From an uncultured Candidatus Rokubacteria bacterium (GTDB lineage Bacteria > Methylomirabilota > Methylomirabilia > Rokubacteriales > CSP1-6), in contig CAVVEU010000024.1 of assembly GCA_963747235.1 (NCBI GenBank), positions 32,001 to 96,000 on the forward strand: a stretch of 64,000 nt of DNA. The letters run 5' to 3'. Both the position numbers and the translations under genes were made by a program. Of the stretch, positions 56,426 through 64,000 are shown piece by piece. Numbering within the stretch: position 1 is the stretch's first letter; each line of letters begins with the position of its first letter. The notes under the pieces are model-generated. The model saw only the letters and a program-made list of their open reading frames with translations. It was not told the origin of the DNA and searched no databases.

Positions 56426-57894
56426 ACCCGGCGCTCGTGCTCCCGGTGGTGGACCTGCGGCCGCTCCTGCCGATGCTGGTGCTCGCCGCGACCGCGGTCG
56501 TGGTGATCCTGCTCGACCTGCTGCCCCCGCGGGACCGCAAGGACCACCTGGGCTTCGTCAGCGCGCTCGGCGTGGTGCTGACGCTGGTCATGACCTACTG
56601 GATGACCTTCTCGATCGGCGGCGGCGAGCTGCGGGGTTTCCGCGGCATGGTGGTGCTCGATCCCTTCGCGCTCTTCTTCAACGTGGTGATCGGCTACGCC
56701 ACCGGGCTCGTCATCCTGCTGTCGATGGACTACATCCGCCGCGAGGGCCAGGAGGCGGGCGAGTTCTACATCCTGATCCTGCTCTCCTCGCTCGGCATGA
56801 TGCTGATGGCCTCCGCGGGCGACCTGATCATCGTCTTCCTCGGGCTCGAGACGATGTCCATCGCGCTCTACGTGCTCACCGGATTCTTCCGCCACCGCCT
56901 CGAGGCGGGCGAGGCCTCGCTGAAGTACTTCCTGATGGGCGCCTTCGCCTCCGGCTTCTTCCTCTACGGCATCGCGCTCATCTTCGGGGCCACCGGCTCC
57001 ACCAACCTCGACCGCATCGCCAACGCGGTGGCCGCGGGGGCGGGGCGCGATCCGATGCTGGCGATCGGCTTCGGCCTCCTGCTGGTGGGCTTCGGCTTCA
57101 AGATCTCCTCGGTGCCGTTCCACATGTGGGCGCCCGACGCGTACGAGGGCGCGCCCACCTCGATCACCGCCTTCATCGCCACCGGCTCCAAGGCGGCCGC
57201 CTTCGCCTCGCTGCTGCGCGTGCTCCTCACCGCGCTGCGCGGCGCCCCGCTCGACTGGCCCATGCTCATGTGGGGCATGGCCGCGATCACCATGACGGTG
57301 GGCAACGTGATCGCGCTGGCCCAGCAGAACATCAAGCGCATGCTCGCCTACTCCTCGATCGCCCACGTGGGCTACATGCTGGTGGGCGTGGTGGCGGGCG
57401 GCTCGCTGGGCAACGGCGCCGTGCTCTTCTACCTGCTCGTGTACACGTTCACCACCGCGGGCGCCTTCGGGGCGGTGCTGCTGCTCGAGCGCAACGGGCG
57501 CGAGGCGGTGCAGCTCGCCGACTACGGCGGCCTCGCCACGCGGCACCCGGTGCTGGCGGTGGCGCTGTCCGTGTTCCTGCTCTCGCTGATCGGCATCCCG
57601 CCCACCGCGGGCTTCGTGGGCAAGTTCTACCTCTTCGGCGCCGCCGTGAAGTCGGGCTACGTGTGGCTGGCCGTGATCGGCGTGCTGAACTCCGCGGTCG
57701 CCGCCTACTACTACCTGCGCCTCATCGTCCTCATGTACATGCGCGAGCCCGAGGGCGCGCCCACCGTGATGGCCCCGTCGCTCTCCGGCGCCCTGGCCCT
57801 GGTGGTGGCCCTCTGGGGCGTGGTGCAGCTCGGGGTGGCCCCCGGCCCCCTCTTCGACCTGGCCCAGGCCGCCGTCATCCCGCTGCTGCGGTAG
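56422..57894 (+). CDS. nuoN: NADH-quinone oxidoreductase subunit N
   Basis: LE.MS, EASLKYF, FKISSVPFHMWAPDAYEGAP, KRMLAYSSIAH and GIPPTAGFVGK motifs. Confidence 0.95.
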   Translation: MNPALVLPVVDLRPLLPMLVLAATAVVVILLDLLPPRDRKDHLGFVSALGVVLTLVMTYWMTFSIGGGELRGFRGMVVLDPFALFFNVVIGYATGLVILLSMDYIRREGQEAGEFYILILLSSLGMMLMASAGDLIIVFLGLETMSIALYVLTGFFRHRLEAGEASLKYFLMGAFASGFFLYGIALIFGATGSTNLDRIANAVAAGAGRDPMLAIGFGLLLVGFGFKISSVPFHMWAPDAYEGAPTSITAFIATGSKAAAFASLLRVLLTALRGAPLDWPMLMWGMAAITMTVGNVIALAQQNIKRMLAYSSIAHVGYMLVGVVAGGSLGNGAVLFYLLVYTFTTAGAFGAVLLLERNGREAVQLADYGGLATRHPVLAVALSVFLLSLIGIPPTAGFVGKFYLFGAAVKSGYVWLAVIGVLNSAVAAYYYLRLIVLMYMREPEGAPTVMAPSLSGALALVVALWGVVQLGVAPGPLFDLAQAAVIPLLR

Positions 57895-57902
57895 TGAGCT
57901 CA

Positions 57903-57983
57903 CCCTCACCCCAACCCTCTCCCTCAGGGAGGGAGAGGGGGTCGGAGGTCTCCCTCCCCCTGGGGAGAGGGCAGGGTGAGGGG
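57903..57983. repeat. Doublet of family A REP-like palindromes in inverted orientation
   Basis: CCCTCACCCCAACCCTCTCCCTC-AGG-GAGGGAGAGGG (57903-57939) followed by a reverse copy ending GGGGAGAGGGCAGGGTGAGGGG (57983). Confidence 0.8.
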
Positions 57984-57988
57984 TTCTA

Positions 57989-58768
57989 GTGCGCCCCAAG
58001 CTCCCCTATCGCGGCTGGCTCTTCGACCTCGACGGCACCGTCTACGTCGGCGACCGCCTGATTCCCGGCGCGGCCGAGTGTCTCGCGACCCTCCGCGCGG
58101 CCGGCCGCCGGATCGCGTTCCTCACCAACAAGCCGCTCCAGACCCGCGCCGAGTACGCGGCCAAGCTCACGCGCCTGGGGGTGCCCGCCGCGCCCGACGA
58201 CGTCATCAACTCCTCGCTGGTGCTCGCGCGCTACCTGCGCGACCGCGACCCCGGGGCGCCGGTCTTCGTGATCGGCGAGCCGCCGATGCTCGAGGAGATG
58301 CGCGCCCACGGCTTCGAGGTGCGGGCCGACGAGCGCGTGCGCTGGGTGGTGATCGCCTTCGACCGCACCTTCGACTACGCCAAGCTCAACACCGCGCTGC
58401 AGGCGGTGAAGCAGGGCGCGCGGCTCATCGCCACCAATCCCGATCGCACCTGCCCGGTGGAGGGCGGCGAGATCCCGGACTGCGCGGGCATGATCGCGGC
58501 GGTGGAGGCGGTGACCGACCGGAAGGTGGAGACGATCGTCGGGAAGCCGTCGCCGATCATCCTGGAAGTCGCGCTCGCCGCGCTCGGCGTCCCCGCGGGC
58601 GAGGCGGTGATGGTGGGCGATCGCATCGACACCGACATCGTGATGGGCCGGCGCCTCGGCCTCGGCACCGTGCTCGTGCTGAGCGGCGTCACGCGCGCGG
58701 ACGATCCGCGAATCGCCGCGGTCGCTCCGGACCACGTGGTACGATCCATCCGGGACTTGGTGGAGTGA
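57989..58768 (+). CDS. HAD-IIA phosphatase (NagD/AraL-like)
   Basis: FDLDGTVY, LTN, ATNPD, GKPS and MVGDRIDTDI motifs. Confidence 0.9.
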   Translation: MRPKLPYRGWLFDLDGTVYVGDRLIPGAAECLATLRAAGRRIAFLTNKPLQTRAEYAAKLTRLGVPAAPDDVINSSLVLARYLRDRDPGAPVFVIGEPPMLEEMRAHGFEVRADERVRWVVIAFDRTFDYAKLNTALQAVKQGARLIATNPDRTCPVEGGEIPDCAGMIAAVEAVTDRKVETIVGKPSPIILEVALAALGVPAGEAVMVGDRIDTDIVMGRRLGLGTVLVLSGVTRADDPRIAAVAPDHVVRSIRDLVE

Positions 58769-60402
58769 GCGCGCCCGCGAATCGGCTGGAAGGGCTTGAC
58801 GGCGCCGCGCTGGACGCCGTGGTGATCGGCGGCGGCATGGCGGGGGCGGGAGTGGCGCGCGACCTGGCTCTCCGCGGCGCCTCGGTCGCGCTGTTCGAGA
58901 AGGGCGATTTCGCCTCCGGCACCTCGTCGAAGTCCTCCAAGCTGATCCACGGCGGGCTTCGCTACCTCGAGCTGGGCGACTTCAAGCTGGTGCGCGAGTC
59001 GCTGCGCGAGAAGAAGACGCTCGAGCGCCTCGCCCCGCACCTGGTGCGCCCGCTGCCCTTCCTGGTGCCGGTCTACCGCGGCGCCTCGCGCGGCCTCATC
59101 AAGGTGCGCCTGGGCATGTGGCTCTACGACCTGCTCACCCCGGGCAAGAACAGCGAGCGCTACCGCGTGCTGCGGCCCGAGGCCGCGCTCTCGATGGAGC
59201 CGAACGTGCGGGCGGAGGACCTGCGCGGAGCCGGCTACTACTTCGACGACCTGCTGCTCTTCCCGGAGCGCCTCTGCCTCGAGAACGTGCTCTCGGCGGC
59301 GCGCCACGGAGCCCGGGTCCTCAACTACTGCCAGGTCGAGGCGTTCATCCCGGGCGCCCGCGGGCTCGACGGCGTGCAGGTGCGCGATCTCCTCTCGGGC
59401 CAGGTGCAGGCGGTCAAGGCGCGCACGATCGTGAACTGCGCGGGGCCGTGGGTGGACGGCCTGCGCGCGCTCGCGGGCATGGCCGAGCGGAGCCCGCGGC
59501 TGCTGCGCACCACCAAGGGCATCCACTGCCTGCTGCCGCGCATGACCGACCGCGCGGTCTACCTCTCCACCCACGACGAGCGGATGATCTTCGTCATCCC
59601 GTGGCACGGCTTCTCACTGGTCGGCACCACCGACACCGACTTCGACGGCGATCCGGACCGCCTGTGGGCCACCCGCGACGAGGTGACCTACCTGCTCGAC
59701 GAGGTGGCCAAGGTGCTGCCGGACAAGCGCGTCGCCTTCGAGAACGTGGCCTACACCTACGCGGGCGTGCGGCCGCTCTCCTTCGAGCCGGGCCGCTCCG
59801 CCTCCGCGGTCTCGCGCGAGCACCGGGTGATCCCGGAGGGGCCGGACGGACGCTTCCTCTCCGTCACCGGCACCAAGCTGACCTGCTTCCGCAGCCTGGC
59901 CGAGGACGTGGGGGACCGGGTGATGCGCGTGCTGGGCCGCAAGGAGGCCTCGCGCACCGCGCGGGCCATGCTCGACGGCACCGACGAGGAGGCCGGCAAG
60001 ATCGAGGTGCGCGCGTGGATGGACGTGTCAGAAGAAATGGCGTCCACCGGCTTGTCCCGTGCGACGCTCAAGACGCTGGTGGAGACCTACGGTCGTGCCT
60101 TCCCGCGCGTGCTCGAGCTGGGGCGCAAGCTGCCCGACGGCTTCGAGCGCCTCTGCCCGAGCAATCCCGAGATCGTGGCCCAGCTCCACCATGCGGTCCG
60201 CGAGGAGCTGGCGGTGTCGCTGCAGGACGTGATGCTGCGGCGCACCGGCATCGGCCAGAGCCGCTGCCAGGGCCTCGACTGCGTGGAGCCCATCGCCGCG
60301 CGCATGGCCGAGCTGGCGGCCTGGACGCCGCGCCGTCTCGACGCCGAGCTCGAGGCGTACTCGCAGCACGTGGAGCTGAGCCGGCGGTTCCGGCACCGCT
60401 GA
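58765..60402 (+). CDS. glpD: FAD-dependent glycerol-3-phosphate dehydrogenase
   Basis: GGGMAGAG, DFASGTSSKSSKLIHGGLRYLE, GPWVD, GTTD, AGVRPL and SREH motifs. Confidence 0.88.
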   Translation: MSAPANRLEGLDGAALDAVVIGGGMAGAGVARDLALRGASVALFEKGDFASGTSSKSSKLIHGGLRYLELGDFKLVRESLREKKTLERLAPHLVRPLPFLVPVYRGASRGLIKVRLGMWLYDLLTPGKNSERYRVLRPEAALSMEPNVRAEDLRGAGYYFDDLLLFPERLCLENVLSAARHGARVLNYCQVEAFIPGARGLDGVQVRDLLSGQVQAVKARTIVNCAGPWVDGLRALAGMAERSPRLLRTTKGIHCLLPRMTDRAVYLSTHDERMIFVIPWHGFSLVGTTDTDFDGDPDRLWATRDEVTYLLDEVAKVLPDKRVAFENVAYTYAGVRPLSFEPGRSASAVSREHRVIPEGPDGRFLSVTGTKLTCFRSLAEDVGDRVMRVLGRKEASRTARAMLDGTDEEAGKIEVRAWMDVSEEMASTGLSRATLKTLVETYGRAFPRVLELGRKLPDGFERLCPSNPEIVAQLHHAVREELAVSLQDVMLRRTGIGQSRCQGLDCVEPIAARMAELAAWTPRRLDAELEAYSQHVELSRRFRHR

Positions 60403-60764
60403 TGGCGCGCCTCGCCCGCGGTCTCGTGCTCCTCCTGGTCGCCGCCCTGGCGCTCGGCTGGGCCGCGCCGGCGCGCGCGGCCGACGACGCGTGGCTGCTC
60501 GGCCGCTGGGAGCTGACGCGCTCGCCGGACGGCGACAAGAAGGACTGGCTCGAGTTCGCCCCGGACGGCCGGATGACCTCGATCACGTCGGACGGCCGGC
60601 GCCTGGGCGGGCAGTACTCGGTCGCGGGGCAAGAGGTCCAGCTCAACTACAAGGTCGGCAACCAGTCCATCCTGATCACGCTCACCTACGGGCCCGACAG
60701 GGCGCAGCTCTACGCGCGCTCGGCCCGGACCGGGTACACCGCGGTCTACGAGAAGCGGCCATAG
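60402..60764 (+). CDS. Hypothetical small exported protein
   Basis: Signal peptide ending ARA, followed by WLLGRWEL (lipocalin-like GxW). Confidence 0.6.
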   Translation: MARLARGLVLLLVAALALGWAAPARAADDAWLLGRWELTRSPDGDKKDWLEFAPDGRMTSITSDGRRLGGQYSVAGQEVQLNYKVGNQSILITLTYGPDRAQLYARSARTGYTAVYEKRP

Positions 60765-60908
60765 CCGGGTCAACAGTGCTATATTCCGACCGCCCGCGAG
60801 ACGGTACCTCGGGGGACGATACGGAAACGTGATTCGGCCGCAACCCGGCCGAGATACCTGATCGATAGCCTGAGCCACCACGGTCCACAAAAACACTGGA
60901 GGGTCACC

Positions 60909-62272
60909 ATGCCACAGACAAGGAAGTCCTGGTGGATCGCGCTGGCGTCGCTCGTGCTGATCGGCGCCGCCGCGCTCGGGTACCACGCGCAGCCGGCGCG
61001 GGCCCAGTCCCCACGCGTGACGGTGGAGTTCTGGCACGGGCTGGCCATGCCGCTCGGCGGCATCCTCGAGAAGATCGTCACCGACTTCAACGAGTCGCAG
61101 ACCCAGTACCAGGTCAACGCCACCTTCAAGGGCTCGTATCCCGAGACCATGGTGGCGGCGATCGCCGCGTTCCGGGCCGGCAACGCGCCGCACATCGTGC
61201 AGATGTTCGAGGTGGGCACCGCGACCATGATGTCGGCGCGCGGGGCGATCAAGCCGGTGCACGAGCTGATGAAGGAGTCCGGGGTGGCGTTCGATCCCGC
61301 CGCGTACCTGCCCTCGGTGGCGCGGCTACTACAGCCTGCCCGACGGCCGGATGATGGCGATGCCGTTCAACAGCTCGACCACGATCATGTTCTACAACAA
61401 GGACGCCTTCAAGAAGGCGGGGCTCGATCCGAACAAGCCGCCCCAGACCTGGACCGACCTGCGCGCCGCGGCCCAGAAGATCCGCGCGGCCAACGCGACG
61501 CCGTGCGGCTTCACCACCGCGTGGCCCACGTGGGCGCAGTTCGAGCAGTTCAGCGCGATCCACAACGTGCCGCTGGCCACCAAGGCCAACGGCCTGGACG
61601 GGCTCGACGCGGAGCTCAAGATCAACAGCCCGCTGCACGTGCGCCACGTGCAGATGCTGATGGACATGCAGAAGGAAGGCAGCTTCAAGTACGGCGGGCG
61701 CGACGCGGCGGCCGACGCGCTCTTCCCCTCCGGGGAGTGCGCGATCATCCACGCCTCGTCCGGGCTGCGCGCCCGCATCGCGCGAGGAGGCCAAGTTCGA
61801 GTGGGGCGCGGCCATGCTGCCGTACTACCCGGGCACGCCCGACGCGCCCAAGAACTCCATCATCGGCGGCGCCGCCTTCTGGGTGATGACCTCGCCGACC
61901 CGCAAGCCCGAGGAGTACAAGGCGGTGGCCGAGTTCTTCCGCTTCATCAGCCGCCCGGAGGTGGTGGCCAAGTGGCACACCGACACCGGCTTCCTCCCGG
62001 TCACCTTCGCGGGCTACGAGCGGGTGAAGGCCTCCGGCTTCTACCAGCAGAATCCCGGCACCGACATCCCGTTCCTGCAGATGACCCGGACCCCGACCAC
62101 CGAGAACTCGAAGGGCCTGCGGCTCGGCAACATGCCGGAGATCCGGAACATCATCCAGGAAGAGCTGGAGAAGGCGTTCCAGGGGCAGCAGACCGCGCAG
62201 CAGGCGCTCGACAACGCGGTGCAGCGGGGGAACGTGGTGCTGCGCAACTTCGAGCGGGCGAACCGCTCGTAG
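60909..62272 (+). CDS. ugpB: sn-glycerol-3-phosphate ABC substrate-binding protein; frameshifted
   Basis: AAIAAFRAGNAPHIVQMFEVGTATMM, PFNSST, NSIIGGA and SKGLRLGN motifs. Confidence 0.9.
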
Positions 62273-62301
62273 CCGGGAGGGGACGCGGCCGCTGATCGGC
62301 C

Positions 62302-63184
62302 ATGCAGCGCCGGGTCGTCTTCGACGGCAAGGTCCTGCCCTATCTGCTCCTGGCGCCGCAGCTCCTGATCACGCTCGTCTTCTTCTTCTGGCCGGCCGCG
62401 CAGGCGGTCTACTATTCGTTCCTGCTGCAGGACGCCTTCGGCCTGCGGCAGAACTTCGTCTGGTTCGATAACTACCGCGTCCTCCTCGCCGACCCGCTCT
62501 ACCGGGGGGCGGCGGCGCGCACGCTCGTCTTCACGCTCGCGGTCACCGTGCTGTCCATGGCGCCCGCGCTGCTGCTCGCGGTCATGGCCGACAAGCGCAT
62601 CCGCGGGGCCGCCGCCTACAAGACCCTGCTCATCTGGCCCTACGCGGTGGCGCCGGCGGTGGCGGCGGTGCTCTGGCTCTTCATCTTCCACCCGTCCATC
62701 GGGGTGCTCGGCCAGGCGGTGCGCCGGTGGGGCGTGCTCTGGGACTACAAGCTCAACGGCGTCCAGGCGATGTTCCTGGTGGTGCTCGCCGCGAGCTGGA
62801 AGCAGGTGAGCTACAACTTCCTCTTCTTCCTGGCCGGCCTGCAGTCCATCCAGAAGCCGGTGATCGAGGCCGCCGCCATCGACGGGGCCGGCCCCACCCG
62901 ACGCTTCTGGAGCATCATCTTCCCGCTGCTGTCTCCGACCACGTTCTTCCTCCTGGTCGTCAACATCGTGTACGTGTTCTTCGACACCTTCGGCGTCATC
63001 CACGCGCTGACCGCGCGGCGGGCCCGGCAAGGCCACCGAGACCCTCATCTACAAGGTCTACGTGGACGGGGTGGTCAACCTGGACCTGGGCGGCTCCTCG
63101 GCCCAGTCGGTCATCCTGATGATCTTCGTCATCGCGGTGACCGCGGTGCAGTTCCGCTACGTGGAGCGGCGGGTCCACTACTGA
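62302..63184 (+). CDS. ugpA: sn-glycerol-3-phosphate ABC permease; frameshift near 63012
   Basis: Manual translation gives [39 protein letters not shown] and EAAAIDGA. Confidence 0.88.
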
Positions 63185-64000
63185 TGGTCGAGCGCAAGTC
63201 GCGCGCCGCCTGGCTGCCCCACGCGATCCTCCTGGCCGGGGTGATGATCTTCGCCTTCCCGATCTACACCGCGCTGATCGGCTCCACCCACGACGCGGCG
63301 ACCATCGGGCGCGGGGACCTGCCGCTCTACCCGGGCCCGCACGGGGTGGAGAACTACTCGCAGGCGTGGTCGCAGGGGAGCGGGGTGCGGGTGAAGGGCT
63401 CCCCGGTGGCGCGGATGATGGCCAACAGCTTCCTGATCGCGGTGGTCATCGCGGTGGGCAAGATCGCGGTGTCGCTGATCTCGGCCTACGCGGTGGTGTT
63501 CTTCGCGTTCCCGCTCCGCATGTTCTTCTTCTGGATGATCTTCATCACCTTGATGCTGCCGGTGGAGGTGCGGATCATCCCCACGTTCAAGGTGGTGTCC
63601 GATCTCCACCTCATCGACACCTTCGGCGGGCTCACCCTGCCCCTGATCGCCTCCGCCACCGCGACCCTGCTGTTCCGGCAGTTCTTCATGACCATCCCGG
63701 ACGAGCTGGTGGAGGCGGCCAAGATCGACGGGGCCGGCCCCCTGCGCTTCTTCCGCCACATCCTGCTGCCGCTGTCGCGGACCAACATCGCGGCCCTGTT
63801 CGTGATCCTCTTCCTCTACGGCTGGAACCAGTACCTCTGGCCGCTCCTCATCACGACCAGCAGCAGCATGAACACCATCGTCATCGGCATCACCAAGATG
63901 ATCGGCACCGGCGACGCGCAGACCGACTGGAACCTGATCATGGCCACCGCGATGCTCGCCATGCTGCCGCCGGTGACCGTCATCCTGCTCATGCAGCGGT
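63184..64000 (+). CDS. ugpE: sn-glycerol-3-phosphate ABC permease, truncated at window end
   Basis: Manual translation gives [29 protein letters not shown] and YGWNQYLWP. Confidence 0.88.
   Translation, partial: MVERKSRAAWLPHAILLAGVMIFAFPIYTALIGSTHDAATIGRGDLPLYPGPHGVENYSQAWSQGSGVRVKGSPVARMMANSFLIAVVIAVGKIAVSLISAYAVVFFAFPLRMFFFWMIFITLMLPVEVRIIPTFKVVSDLHLIDTFGGLTLPLIASATATLLFRQFFMTIPDELVEAAKIDGAGPLRFFRHILLPLSRTNIAALFVILFLYGWNQYLWPLLITTSSSMNTIVIGITKMIGTGDAQTDWNLIMATAMLAMLPPVTVILLMQR

Overview
High-GC bacterial genomic fragment dense in catabolic and transport genes. The style resembles soil Rokubacteria/Methylomirabilota, but this is an inference with no marker gene in the window. Many genes are split by single-base indels, which look like long-read or consensus errors rather than real pseudogenization, so several CDS below were reconstructed by eye across frames and their coordinates are approximate. 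Contents in order: an HMG-CoA-synthase-like/DUF35 fusion plus thiolase (PhlABC-like architecture); a HisKA-only sensor; BVMO, TcuA-like flavoprotein and a CoA-transferase; a polyamine-type ABC transporter coupled to a sphingosine-1-phosphate-lyase-like enzyme; a long, translationally coupled minus-strand operon with an hmfABCDE-like (2-furoyl-CoA) pathway, a TlpA thioredoxin, a Liv-type ABC transporter and three uncharacterised His-motif proteins; a second Mo-hydroxylase large subunit, an atypical SDR, an HpaB-like monooxygenase and a D-aminoacylase; an AT-richer islet with a SLATT-like 2TM gene and two polyproline ORFs; peptide ABC genes with a C69 peptidase; LysR with nitronate monooxygenase; a type III PKS-methyltransferase-FAD oxidoreductase cluster; an M23 peptidase; stand-alone nuoLMN; and HAD-glpD-ugpBAE. 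Two families of REP-like palindromes are present. I saw no rRNA, tRNA, CRISPR array, integrase or transposase.
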